Assembly: GCA_000165345.1 (NCBI GenBank)
Contig: CM000431.1
Coordinates: 608,001-672,000, forward strand
Direction of reading: 5' to 3'
Length of the DNA stretch: 64,000 bases
Every line of letters begins with the position of its first letter. Position 1 is the first letter of the stretch. This document shows positions 10,155-20,557 of this stretch, piece after piece. Both the position numbers and the translations under genes were made by a program. The notes under the pieces were generated by a model that saw only the letters and a list, made by a program, of their open reading frames with translations, had not been told where the DNA came from and ran no database searches.

Positions 10155-11342
10155 CTAAATTGTTTTATTTAAATATTTTTCCGATATAACAGAAATTGGA
10201 TCAATCTTAATTAAAGACTCAAATACTTCGAACGGTTCTGTCGGCTCATAAAATTCTAAACTTGATTTTTTCGAATCACTATTAAATATCAGAGACAATG
10301 CAGAAATTGAAAGAAATGTATGTAGCGGATCTGAATGACCTTTGTTGTCGGTATTAAAAGGAGATTTTTGAAAACCGCCATAAATATTGTTTTGATGGCA
10401 TAGAATTCCATTTATCAATATTTTTAATATTTTTGAGTTAATGATTGATGAACAGTCAATATTTCTATTAATAGTAATATTTTTCACGATCTTAAGACTT
10501 GCAAATACCCACCATGAGTAGCATACATCACATTTTTTCCCAATGCGTCCATTAAAGCAATACGATTGATACTTAGTATTTTCGTGACTTTCAGAAGCGA
10601 TTATTCTCTTTAATAGCCACCTGTTTAGTCTGTTAAAATTAAACAACAAATCAATTGAGTTATTTTTCGTTATTTCTTTGATTATTGCTATCGATGAAAC
10701 TGCGCAGAAAGTATATCCTGCATGGGACTCGTCTTTATAGCGTTTACCGAATCCACCATCTTTGTTTTGCATATTAACCAATAGCTTTGTTAGTTCTGAA
10801 ATTCTAAAGACTGAATCTTGTTTTAAATCAGGATAGTTCGATAAATAGTATACAAGTAGTGTTGAATAAATAAACCTGACGTCAAATTGTCTTAAGCAGT
10901 TTTTGGAGTTATTGATATATATTTTTTCACCTCTCAAGGCAATTAGGCTTTTTATAAAAGCAGTTAATTCATATTTGTTATCTTCAGTAATTTTATTGTT
11001 TAATATTGTCTTTATTTGTATCCCACTAAGTATAGAAAGAATGGAAGGTCTAACAAAATCAAATGGATTAAGAGAATAAAATTTTAACTTAAAGTTATCT
11101 ATAAGTAATTCACGTTCACATTTTTTTAATAAATGTAAAAACTTATTTCTAGCATTATGGAGTTGATCGCAAATATTAAATTGAATTAAATCTGAGCAGC
11201 ACAAAACCCAATAAATACCATGTATAAATACTGAACTCAGCTGGATTTTAGATGAATCATAGCTGTTTATTGCATCATTTGTTACAAAGATTAGATATTT
11301 TTTATGTAGTTCCAGGTCGAATTTTCGTGCTGCATTATACAT
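10155..11342 (-). CDS. Protein prenyltransferase beta subunit, most similar to Rab geranylgeranyltransferase beta.
   Basis: The 395-aa ORF carries prenyltransferase alpha-alpha toroid repeats: DGGFG, HAGYTFCAVSSIA, GRIGKKCDVCYSWWVFASL and GGFQKSPFNTDNKGHSDPLHTF (compare RABGGTB ...DVCYSWWVLASL...GGF...D.FHT). Confidence 0.75.
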   Translation of the reverse strand: MYNAARKFDLELHKKYLIFVTNDAINSYDSSKIQLSSVFIHGIYWVLCCSDLIQFNICDQLHNARNKFLHLLKKCERELLIDNFKLKFYSLNPFDFVRPSILSILSGIQIKTILNNKITEDNKYELTAFIKSLIALRGEKIYINNSKNCLRQFDVRFIYSTLLVYYLSNYPDLKQDSVFRISELTKLLVNMQNKDGGFGKRYKDESHAGYTFCAVSSIAIIKEITKNNSIDLLFNFNRLNRWLLKRIIASESHENTKYQSYCFNGRIGKKCDVCYSWWVFASLKIVKNITINRNIDCSSIINSKILKILINGILCHQNNIYGGFQKSPFNTDNKGHSDPLHTFLSISALSLIFNSDSKKSSLEFYEPTEPFEVFESLIKIDPISVISEKYLNKTI

Positions 11343-11409
11343 TATATCTTTTTTATTCCCAATGAATTATGCCGCCGCAACTATTCTAAATCACTTTGAA
11401 TTGAATAAT

Positions 11410-11912
11410 ATGAAAAAGACTCAAATATCAAACGGTAAGTAATTCAACTATCACTATATGTTATCATTCTGTCTCAGTTGCAAGTGGGATTTTGTCTAGA
11501 TCGGTTTTGAAAGGAGACCCTGTTTTTTCGCAAGAAGACTTGTCTAGCAGAAAAATAATTAAAAATGAAAGCAAAAAGCACAGTAAAAGAAACGTAAGTT
11601 ATCTTCATGATAAAAACTTCTAATAACTTATATAAATAGGCTAATGAAAATATTTTGAACACAATTTTTTTAAAACAAACCGCAAAGAATCAAAGGGAGA
11701 AGAGTTTGAAGCAGTTAGCGACGAAAGGAGTCGTAAAGTTCTTTAATATGATAGTAAACTATCAGGAAAATTCAAACATCAAAGCAAGTAAAGGCACTAG
11801 TAGTCCGAAAAATGCAGGACATTGCACAGAAACTAGGAAGGTAAAAAACGTGGAGTCCAACATTAAACCAAATAGATTCGGAACAATTGTTGGAATGCAT
11901 TCAGATAGGTAA
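11410..11912 (+). CDS. RRP15-like pre-rRNA processing protein. Three exons: 11410..11434, 11478..11593, 11640..11912.
   Basis: Missed by the ORF track. Introns are 43 and 46 nt, both with GTAAGT donors, and acceptors CTCAG and AATAG. The spliced product contains ...LKQLATKGVVKFFNMIVNYQ..., matching the conserved RRP15 core (LQRIATRGVVQLFNAVQKHQ). Exon 1 is only 25 nt (MKKTQISN). Confidence 0.45.
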
Positions 11913-11936
11913 TGATGACGAAACTAAATTACTCTA

Positions 11937-14900
11937 CTAATGTTTAGCAATTCCTATTGCGTCTAAAACTATATCCCAACAGTAATTATCTATTATATTG
12001 TTAATGCATTGTTCAAACGAATATCTAACAGTATCTTCCCTCAAAGCAGTAAACTTTTCCAGATTAGTGAAAATAATTTTCAATTCATCCTGATCTATAT
12101 AGTAAGTCTCACTTTCTATTAATCTCGTGGCAAACTTCATGTATTGACTTGAAATGGTTATTATAGACTTGAGTGCATGCCATATATCTGTCACAATCTG
12201 TTCTTCATATGCTGAAAAGATTAATTGTAGATTTTCATTGGTATTGAGCAAGTAAGCATCAAAATAATTTCTAATCTTATAGAGTGGCTTCTTTCCAATT
12301 ATTACACATTTTGTAAGAGCTGATATTTCAATCAGTGTATTTGGTAGAAGAGGAGCATAAAATAGCTTCTTTGCAGCAGATATAGCCAGACTATTAATGG
12401 CAGATACATGATCTGAACGATGAAATAATAAATCTCCAGCTTTATATTTATTTTCTTGCAAGCGATTTATTAGATACATTGTGCATTTTAGTGATTGCAA
12501 TATGTTTCCGCTAGACTCTAATTTATAAATTATTGCCTCGAGCAACCAATTCAGCGGTATCCCCAATTTATCGACTAAGAACTTCCACTTTTCATCATTT
12601 AAGTAATCTTCGGGATTAGAATAATCGGGATTCTCTTGTATATTTCTCATAATAACGCAATTAAGAAGATAATAAAAGTCTGAGTTCATATTAGTATGCA
12701 TTATGATAAAAACTGCCCATTCCCACAAACCAAGAATTTCTAGTTCCTCTATAAGTATTAAGTTTAATTTATTTGTAGGTGTAATCTCATTACTATTGCA
12801 GATACTGTTGTGATAGAACGTGAGGGCCCTTGCAATTAGCCAATTAAATGAAGAGAATTTGATAGAGCCGAAGTTGTTCAATCGAAATAGCTCTACCTGT
12901 CTAGAATTTTCATCGCCAAAGAAGAATTTAATTATTTGAAATTGTATCTGCTCAAATACTTGTTTTTTGCCTACCTCTGATGGACTTATGTTAATAGGAT
13001 CATCTGAATCAATTAATTTTCCCAATTTTTGTGTATTATCAATTAAAGAGGCGTTTTTCATTTTTAGTAACCTTTCACCAAGCTTTGAATTTGTTGAATA
13101 ATTTGCAGATAGGAATACGTTATTTTGCCATTCGTATAAAAAACCATCCGCAGATGCATCTATATTAGATATTGTTTTGTATATTCTATTTGAATAAGAA
13201 GTTAGATCCGAAACAAGACCGATTTTTGACCACCACTGCATGTTTTCCATCATCTGCAAAATAGACGTTTTATTATTTCCAATGGACAAGAACAACGACG
13301 CAGTCCTTGGAATCGTCAAATATGATAAACTTGGGCCATTTCTAACTAGATCAAGTAAGTTTCCGTTTACAATATTATTCAAGAGAAGGCTAATTCTTTC
13401 TTCATGTAAACATTGAGAATTTTGTTTGTCATCACCAAACCTAATCACTGGAATGTCATTAATCACAATCTTCATCCACCAGGAAATCAGTTCTCTTAAA
13501 TTAGACTCGAAACGCTTTTCAGATGGATTATTCAAATTTTTAATTATTAATTCCATTATTCCACCAACCAAACCAAATGTTTGTTCAAAATATTTTAATC
13601 GCTCAAAATTTAAAGAATTAAACTTGAATCCAGATAAATGCGAATAAATTTCAACTTCATTTTTTGTTATGCTCCACAGGAGGAAAATAAGTTTTATTAT
13701 TGATTCGATTGAAACTCCAGAACAATTATTACTTGTTTTATTTCCTATTATCTCAAAATATAGCCTAAACCAGGCAGAAATCAACCTTCGGGAATAACCC
13801 AAATTGTTTATTGAATCTTTAGTTACGGATCCTGTCAGGTTATTTATTCTTAATAGAGTAATCGATGTGTTATAGTCGCTAACACCTTGAATATCTTTAC
13901 GAAATGATCTATGTGGTACTACAACAAAACTATTTGAGCCAATATACATACCACTTCTGAAACAGATTCCATTATAAGCAGATTTCTTTAAGCTATTGTC
14001 TTTTTCCACAATGCTTTTAATTTCTGAGTACAAACTAAAATTATATTGGCTCTTCATTACAAAAAAATGACCTTTATACTGTTCTTGTTTAGAACTTCGA
14101 AGAAAATGATTTTCCTGGTCGGAGACATTAAAATTAGTTTCTTTTGTCGCAAGAGCACTACAAGGTTCTTTAAAGTGAGATAAAGAATTATCTTCACTCA
14201 AAAAACCATATTTAGAAAAATGTGTGACCTCAAATTTCCATTCCCAGGTAATAGTATCAAGCGAAATAAATCTTGCACCCATTTGCTCTGTGTAAGACTT
14301 AATTTGTTTAACACGATTACTGTTAAATTCGTCTATCTCTTGTGGATCTTTAGAGGGTATAGCTCTCTTTGGTTTGCAATTCTTGAGTGTTATAATAGCT
14401 TTTTTATTTAATCCTTCGCCAATTGGAATAGAGGAGTCTCCATCACCATATACCGACACACATAGAGGTTCAATGGAAACAACTGAATCAAGATTAATCC
14501 CACGTAAATCAGTAACTCCAGGCCAAACGATCTCCCCAACTCCTTCTCTAACTATTTTGAAGTCTTCCACGACGGCAAGTCTCTCTTCTGAAAATGTTTT
14601 TAATAATTCTATTGATGGAATACAAAAGTAGTCATGCTTGGTGAGTATTGGGGTCAGGGATTCAATAACAAATTCTTTTTGCTTCCTTATATAGGACTTA
14701 ACTAGATCAGATGGGATGCTATCTATCAACTGATCTGGCCTTCTAGTAATAGGTCTAGGTGTTGTAAGACCAATGGAGCTACGTGCCTGACGTTCATTAC
14801 TAACAGCCGAAATAGAATTTACTGAGTTTCTATGTTGGTTTAAATATGGAGTTCTTGCTGCATTATTACTTTCATTAACTACCCTACCAATTGAAGTTCT

Positions 14901-17354
14901 GCAATCATCACTTTTGGAAATTTGCACATCCTGCGAAATACGTGAAATTGAATCGAGGTTTATCAATGGCTTTGAACTATCAGAACTTGACTTATTCTCA
15001 ATTTTTGAGGCTCTTGGGGAGAAAGTAGCTGAACTAGAATCATCTATTGCATCTTCAAATGTTTCGTCTAAAGGGACAAACTTTGTAGTATGAGATGTAG
15101 TAAATACCAAGGACCTAGTTTTGGAATTTGTAGGTGAATTTCCATTTTGTTCTGGAGACTGTACCGCGTCAAAGAACTGTTGTTGACGCTCAAGCAAGTT
15201 TAGGAATGCTGCAGGAGTCTGAGGATCCATAGTTTTCTCAATGCGCCTAACGGAAGTTAAAAGAGCAGTATTATGTCTCGCACTCTCGGTTGCAACCGCA
15301 GGAAGAGCCAGTTCTGATGAATTTGTAATTCTTTCGTGAGAAACGTGACTTAAGTTATCGAGTTGGTATCTATTAGAACGAGAAATAAATTGTGGTAGAG
15401 GTTTCCAGAGCCATAGTGACTTTCCTCTTTCATTCGAATCAGAATACTTTGAATTCTGAACAATTGGCTTAGGAAGCACACTATTGATTAATTTGTTTGA
15501 AGAAAGCCCATTGCCTAAAACAATTGACGAGTTTTGATTTGAAGGCTTTCCAGATTGCCCACCACCAAGTATATTCTGTAGCTGAATTGAGCTATTATTC
15601 AGTTGAGAATTTCCTGGTAAATTTGTTTGACCAATTGCAGAATTCGAAACCCCAGAAGTCAAAGATGACCATGATTGATTAGGAGGATTAACGCTTGAGA
15701 ATCCAAATGACTGAGATAAAGAAGTTGATTGGCCAAATAAGCTTGAACTGGATGCGTTTGCATTATTGTTATTCAGCGTATTCTGAGGTTGAGTGGAACT
15801 AAATAGACTATTTGGAGAGTTACTAAACAAGCCTGACGAGCTAGGCAGCGTTGAACCAAATAAGCTTGTAGATAAATTAGCTCCACTTGTACTACCAGAA
15901 CCTGCACCCAAATTAGAGCCACTTAATGTTTGATTACTACCAAATAATGGCTTCATTGAAAGCGAAGAATTTGACAAAGAAATTTGAGGTTGAGTATTTG
16001 AATTTGAATTAAAAAGAGTCAAGCTGGCACTATTTGAAGTTGTCGAACTCCCCCCAAACAAGGAACCAGAAGTCTTTAGAGAGCTATCTAGTGATCCTAA
16101 ATTGGATGGCTGCCCAAACAAATTACCACCGTTTAAACTGCTAATACTTGTACCTAAGTTGTTGCTGTTATTACTATTATTAATAATACCATTATTGCTA
16201 TTGCTAGAGAATAAACTGGGAGTGGAGAATAATCCTGAGTTTGAACCACTCGTTGAAGATTGAAGTGGAAATGAATTTGTATTGTTCGAAGCACCAAATA
16301 ATCCATTATTTGATACAAACTGAGTATTACCTATGTTTGATTGAGAGTTTTGAAGCCCCTGACCTAGAATTGAAGTTTGGCCCAAACCTGAGGACGAGCC
16401 ACTAGAACCGAAAAGAGAGTTTTGTGGTGTCGTTGATGATATAAAAGATGACTGAGGTTGTCCAAAAATTGAGTTTGAGATAGAAGGTCCTTGGGAGTTA
16501 GAAGCAAACCCGCCAGCGTTAGAAAATGAGCTATTCCCAAAACTATTGGTGCTTGTGGTAAAATTCGTATTGATGGATGATAAACTATTTGCAGGCCCTC
16601 TTTTTTCTTGATAATCTTCCCATCTAAGCTCTTCAACTGACTTTTTCTGATCAATGTCCTTCTGATATACAATAGACATGATTCTGGCATCGCTATCTCT
16701 ATCGACTACGGGTTGAAATGTAATCCCATTTGTGCCTTTCTTTGCCCCAAAAATATTCGAATTTGTTCCCATAGTGCCTCCGAAGGGCGAAGCTGAGGTG
16801 TTACCAAAAGTCTGAATGGGCATTGACCCAAAAAGACCACTATTGTTTTGTTGCCCAAAAAAGCTTGATGGGTTGCTTTGAGATGACTGGCTTCCAAAGC
16901 CTCCAGAAGTTCCAAATGAGTTTTGAAAAGAGCCAAAGCCTCCAGAGTTATTTGCCGAGCTAGAATTAAAAAACCCAGAGCTAGAACCTATCGTAGAAGA
17001 GGAACTTGAGCCAAACATAGTTGGTTGTGTAGAACTTATTTGCTGATTACCTCCAAACGTACTCATTGATTGGCCAAATAAGCCATTGGAAGATTGACCA
17101 AAAACTGAAGATTGCCCAGTATTTCCAAACCCGGAATTAGAAGAGCCAGTACTTCCAAATAGCCCAGGGCTCGCATTTCCTCCAAATAGGGAAGTTGATG
17201 AATTAAACAATCCCGTTGAAGCCGGTTGTACCGTATTAATATTTTGTGATACCCCTTGCTGGCCGATCCCAACTCCAAAAGAGTTGGATGTTCCAAATAA
17301 TCCTCCAGAAGACTGTTGGTTTTGGTTTGAACCAAACCCTCCTCCACCAAGCAT
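11937..17354 (-). CDS. Nup98-Nup96 nucleoporin precursor. N-terminal GLFG/FG repeats, an autoproteolytic domain ending in HF|SKY, then a Nup96-like alpha-solenoid.
   Basis: Single 1805-aa ORF. The first ~600 aa are FG/GLFG low-complexity. The motif ...KFEVTHFSKYGFL is the Nup98/Nup145 self-cleavage site and lies at about 14205..14225. The C-terminal ~900 aa are helical and Nup96-like. Confidence 0.85.
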   Translation of the reverse strand: MLGGGGFGSNQNQQSSGGLFGTSNSFGVGIGQQGVSQNINTVQPASTGLFNSSTSLFGGNASPGLFGSTGSSNSGFGNTGQSSVFGQSSNGLFGQSMSTFGGNQQISSTQPTMFGSSSSSTIGSSSGFFNSSSANNSGGFGSFQNSFGTSGGFGSQSSQSNPSSFFGQQNNSGLFGSMPIQTFGNTSASPFGGTMGTNSNIFGAKKGTNGITFQPVVDRDSDARIMSIVYQKDIDQKKSVEELRWEDYQEKRGPANSLSSINTNFTTSTNSFGNSSFSNAGGFASNSQGPSISNSIFGQPQSSFISSTTPQNSLFGSSGSSSGLGQTSILGQGLQNSQSNIGNTQFVSNNGLFGASNNTNSFPLQSSTSGSNSGLFSTPSLFSSNSNNGIINNSNNSNNLGTSISSLNGGNLFGQPSNLGSLDSSLKTSGSLFGGSSTTSNSASLTLFNSNSNTQPQISLSNSSLSMKPLFGSNQTLSGSNLGAGSGSTSGANLSTSLFGSTLPSSSGLFSNSPNSLFSSTQPQNTLNNNNANASSSSLFGQSTSLSQSFGFSSVNPPNQSWSSLTSGVSNSAIGQTNLPGNSQLNNSSIQLQNILGGGQSGKPSNQNSSIVLGNGLSSNKLINSVLPKPIVQNSKYSDSNERGKSLWLWKPLPQFISRSNRYQLDNLSHVSHERITNSSELALPAVATESARHNTALLTSVRRIEKTMDPQTPAAFLNLLERQQQFFDAVQSPEQNGNSPTNSKTRSLVFTTSHTTKFVPLDETFEDAIDDSSSATFSPRASKIENKSSSDSSKPLINLDSISRISQDVQISKSDDCRTSIGRVVNESNNAARTPYLNQHRNSVNSISAVSNERQARSSIGLTTPRPITRRPDQLIDSIPSDLVKSYIRKQKEFVIESLTPILTKHDYFCIPSIELLKTFSEERLAVVEDFKIVREGVGEIVWPGVTDLRGINLDSVVSIEPLCVSVYGDGDSSIPIGEGLNKKAIITLKNCKPKRAIPSKDPQEIDEFNSNRVKQIKSYTEQMGARFISLDTITWEWKFEVTHFSKYGFLSEDNSLSHFKEPCSALATKETNFNVSDQENHFLRSSKQEQYKGHFFVMKSQYNFSLYSEIKSIVEKDNSLKKSAYNGICFRSGMYIGSNSFVVVPHRSFRKDIQGVSDYNTSITLLRINNLTGSVTKDSINNLGYSRRLISAWFRLYFEIIGNKTSNNCSGVSIESIIKLIFLLWSITKNEVEIYSHLSGFKFNSLNFERLKYFEQTFGLVGGIMELIIKNLNNPSEKRFESNLRELISWWMKIVINDIPVIRFGDDKQNSQCLHEERISLLLNNIVNGNLLDLVRNGPSLSYLTIPRTASLFLSIGNNKTSILQMMENMQWWSKIGLVSDLTSYSNRIYKTISNIDASADGFLYEWQNNVFLSANYSTNSKLGERLLKMKNASLIDNTQKLGKLIDSDDPINISPSEVGKKQVFEQIQFQIIKFFFGDENSRQVELFRLNNFGSIKFSSFNWLIARALTFYHNSICNSNEITPTNKLNLILIEELEILGLWEWAVFIIMHTNMNSDFYYLLNCVIMRNIQENPDYSNPEDYLNDEKWKFLVDKLGIPLNWLLEAIIYKLESSGNILQSLKCTMYLINRLQENKYKAGDLLFHRSDHVSAINSLAISAAKKLFYAPLLPNTLIEISALTKCVIIGKKPLYKIRNYFDAYLLNTNENLQLIFSAYEEQIVTDIWHALKSIITISSQYMKFATRLIESETYYIDQDELKIIFTNLEKFTALREDTVRYSFEQCINNIIDNYCWDIVLDAIGIAKH
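15500..17354 (-). repeat. Coding low-complexity FG/GLFG repeat region of the Nup98 moiety.
   Basis: Many repeated GLFG, FGxxS and SxFG units. They generate spurious shadow ORFs on the same strand in other frames (16364..16690, 16706..16936, 17063..17350). Confidence 0.7.
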
Positions 17355-17449
17355 TTTGTTTCAATTAATTGGGAAAAATTCCGTGTCGTATAGCATCTGC
17401 CCCACTTAAGGTTGCCGCTTTATGGCGGTGTTTTTATACTATAGACATT

Positions 17450-18540
17450 CTAAATCTTTTTTTTTAGTGCTCTTTCTCGGATATATTTGGTCTGTGATAT
17501 TCTTATTTTATTCCAAATTGGTCGAGGGATCATATTTGCCTGAATACAAAGTATCAAAAAGTAGTTACACTCTTTATTTTACTTACTATTAATAGTTGTA
17601 TTCGATGACCAAAATAAGGAACAACCGTCGAGTAAACCGATGGAGTTTTTTTAAGCATCTTTATAGATTCAACAGAAAACCTAAGAAACCAATCAAGATG
17701 CTATAAAAATAATAGCTTACTACTTACCTTTTTGTTGAAATTGTGAACAAGGTTTCTCTTTTGGCTTTTGATAGTTTAGTGGTAACTAGTAAAGGAGTAT
17801 GGCATTGGATTGTGATATTCTCGGACTCACATTCCGCTCGTAAACTTCTACATAGAGATTCGGCGACACTTTTTGTAGCGGCATACGCGGAATAGAGAGG
17901 GTCAGTCTGAAGCTGTGACGACCCACTTCCTATACACAAAATGGCTCCCCGATCCCTAAGCATATGCATTATTTATTTAGTAAAGTTTGAAAGCACTACT
18001 CACCTCTTTTTCATGTAGCTGTAAACAATGCGAGTCATCATTAATACAGACCTAACATTCACTTCTATTAATTCATTAATTAGATCCAAACTAGTCTCTT
18101 CAAAATATTGTGCATACGGATATGAGATGCCAACATTATTTATTAGAATCCCAACATCATCAATTGAATTCAAATATCCGCAAAAATTTGAGTAACAAGT
18201 CGGGTCAGTAAAATCCATTAAATAATACCTTATTTCTTGATTTGAATCTGGTTTTTTCAAGGATAGCAACTAGGGCAAGAATTAGTATTTTTGAAGCATA
18301 TTTAAAGCTTACCTCATTTACAACATTTTGCAGCTTTTCTCTATTTCTTCCTATTAAAATTAAGTTTAAATCTTCTTTAAACAATTCCTTTGCCATTGCT
18401 TTTCCAATTCCGTCGCTTGCGCCAGTTATAATTGCCCAACTTCCAAATGAAGTAAGTTTTTTCTCAGGTCTGTTGAGCAAGAGAAATAATTTGTTTATGG
18501 CCATAGAAAGATAATTCATTATTAATTTAATAAAATTCAA
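17450..18540 (-). CDS. Very-long-chain 3-oxoacyl-CoA reductase (KAR/HSD17B12/IFA38 family SDR). Five exons: complement(18313..18540, 18004..18269, 17728..17955, 17587..17680, 17450..17539).
   Basis: Three track fragments lie in different frames. Four micro-introns of 43, 48, 47 and 47 nt rejoin them, with donors GTAAGC, GTGAGT, GTAAGT and GTAAGT. SDR motifs: TGASDGIGK, NNVG, and YSAYAATK (YxxxK). The C-terminus ...IPRPIWNKIRISQTKYIRERALKKKI matches the KAR tail (LPSWIYLKIVMNMNKSTRAHYLKKTKKN). Total 302 codons. Confidence 0.65.
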
Positions 18541-18668
18541 GCAAATAATTCCTGCTATTTTACTAATATTAACTCATTGCGGCAGGAATTTTACTTAAGC
18601 ATAAATTCATTTGATCTTTTTTTTCTTAATCTGGAAGATGTTAACATTTATTTTCATATACTTTAAAC

Positions 18669-19100
18669 TTACTTTAGATCTTCTAATTCTGTCTCTTGAA
18701 CCTTAACAAAAAGGCAAGTGCAACATTTATACAAGATTATCAAAGTCATCCCCAATATAACCAACGACAACAAAACAAGACATAAATAAATCCACCATGG
18801 CCATGCTGATGCACAAATATTTGACATGGTATTTTGTCGGCAAGATGTAATTGAATCCACTTTTGATGTACAGAAAAATTCTGAACTACTCGAAACTTTA
18901 CAAGGCGAACAAAACTTAGAAAGCTGGCATTCGCCACAAGACTTAATTGATCTGCAAATATTAAATATATCGACTTCGGTCAATTCATTGCGACCGAAGG
19001 CAGAAGTTCTATTCACTAAGATGCTGCTACTCATGTTTATTTTAAAAAAATTTATGGGGGGGGGTGAAGCAAGATTCAATACCGCAGATAAAATATACAA
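18669..19100 (-). CDS. Small cysteine-rich single-pass membrane protein with a PSI-like cysteine motif.
   Basis: The 143-aa ORF has CRSIKSCGECQLSKFCSPC...C...C followed by the hydrophobic helix WWIYLCLVLLSLVILGMTLIILY. The start is uncertain: no clear signal peptide, and an upstream exon is possible. Confidence 0.3.
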   Translation of the reverse strand: MYILSAVLNLASPPPINFFKINMSSSILVNRTSAFGRNELTEVDIFNICRSIKSCGECQLSKFCSPCKVSSSSEFFCTSKVDSITSCRQNTMSNICASAWPWWIYLCLVLLSLVILGMTLIILYKCCTCLFVKVQETELEDLK

Positions 19101-19133
19101 TTAGCTGAAAATCTATGTAAAACAAAATTCAAA

Positions 19134-20279
19134 CTAAGAACTAACTATAGGTTTGTTTTTCTTCTTCTTCTTCACTGAAAGTGGAGTTGAAAGAATTGAA
19201 TTAATTTCTTCATCAGTTACCTTGAATTCCGAGTCACAAATATTTTCCTGTGTGAATTGTAGGCCGGAAATGCGTTTTGAACCATTTGGAAGCAGTAGAA
19301 GTGTACATTTAAAGCTCGCAACGTACTCACCTTGTCTCTCTGTTATTACAGGGTATGAATACAAAAGGTTATGTCTAATGCATTCAGAAACTCCCAATCT
19401 TGCAACCTTTTCATCTGATATCATATTTAACGAAAACGGTAATGTAGGGAATCTTTTGTTAACTTCACTTAGAAATTGCCTTGGAATCGGGCTTTTCAAG
19501 TTATAGTTAGTTTCAATAGCGCGTTTAAAAACTGTGCTTCTGTAATCAGACTCCCTGGGAACGCCTTCTCCACTGCTTACTAGAATATCCAATCCATAAA
19601 CTTCATTTTCCTCGAATGTGAATTCATCAACTTTTTCATCTAGTGTCTCTTTTGAAATGATTACACGATTTCCATCAATAACATGTCTTTTTAGCTGATG
19701 TGACAAAACTCCCTGAACCATATTGCAGTTAAATTCCTTAACAGTCTTGTTAAGCATAGATGTTACATATGTGTTAGTGTTTCCAGGTTTTACAGTTCGA
19801 ATAGCCACTTCCATCGCAGTATTTGCTGCCTTTAAAACATCCGCTTGTTTTCCTGAAATACGTTCAGTCCCAATAACAATGGAATGCGAGCAAATACTAA
19901 TGAATCCATCTATATGAGCGCCGAGGTCAATCTTAATTAAGTCACCATTCTTTAACTTTAGGCTTTCTGCAGGCAAAGGGGAAAAATTGCCACAAATTTC
20001 ATTTACAGAAATGCACGTAGGAAATGCAATACCCTTATCCAATTTCCTGCCACCCTCTTTTTTGTTATAAACTGAACTTGACTTCTCCTCGATCATAGAG
20101 TCGCTTTTCCTGCAAATTTCTGAGATATCTGCGCCATCCAAACATAATGTTATTACATACTGAAGCGTTGAATTTACTATCTCCGCTGCTGTATAGTATT
20201 TAGTAACAACCTCTGAATTGGATATTGACTCAGAAATGCAAAAGTCGTCTACGTTCTCAAGCCCTTCTTGTTTTGACAT
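19134..20279 (-). CDS. PA2G4: Proliferation-associated protein 2G4 / EBP1, a non-catalytic methionine-aminopeptidase-like M24 fold.
   Basis: The 381-aa ORF matches EBP1: KGIAFPTCISVNEICGNFSP, KIDLGAHIDGFI, GKQADVLKAA, MVQGVLSHQLKRHVIDG, LVSSGEG and a lysine-rich tail. Confidence 0.85.
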   Translation of the reverse strand: MSKQEGLENVDDFCISESISNSEVVTKYYTAAEIVNSTLQYVITLCLDGADISEICRKSDSMIEEKSSSVYNKKEGGRKLDKGIAFPTCISVNEICGNFSPLPAESLKLKNGDLIKIDLGAHIDGFISICSHSIVIGTERISGKQADVLKAANTAMEVAIRTVKPGNTNTYVTSMLNKTVKEFNCNMVQGVLSHQLKRHVIDGNRVIISKETLDEKVDEFTFEENEVYGLDILVSSGEGVPRESDYRSTVFKRAIETNYNLKSPIPRQFLSEVNKRFPTLPFSLNMISDEKVARLGVSECIRHNLLYSYPVITERQGEYVASFKCTLLLLPNGSKRISGLQFTQENICDSEFKVTDEEINSILSTPLSVKKKKKNKPIVSS

Positions 20280-20557
20280 TTTTCGTTTAAATAAAAAAAA
20301 ACTAATACAACTAACTTACTCGTCTTATCATTTCCCGCTGCAAACATTTTGTAAAAAACATACTATCAAATACTTAAATTGAACATTAGTTGTTCAAGAT
20401 TCAAAGCAACAATGGTTTATAACATTTGGCTTTAAAGTTTGACTTATTAATAAGGCTATTCTCATAAGATACCTTTGTTTGTAATGATGAGGCTAACCCT
20501 ATTTCTAAAATTAATTATGTATTCCGTAGGAATGGTCAGCTAAGTTTGAGTTGTATC

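Noticed and set aside
11474-11662. 62-aa minus-strand ORF.
   Set aside because: It overlaps exons 2-3 of the spliced RRP15-like gene on the + strand and has no homology support.
16364-17350. Three ORFs of 76-108 aa (16364..16690, 16706..16936, 17063..17350) on the same strand as the nucleoporin gene but in other frames.
   Set aside because: They are shadow ORFs within the low-complexity FG-repeat region of Nup98-96. The nucleoporin frame is continuous and homologous.
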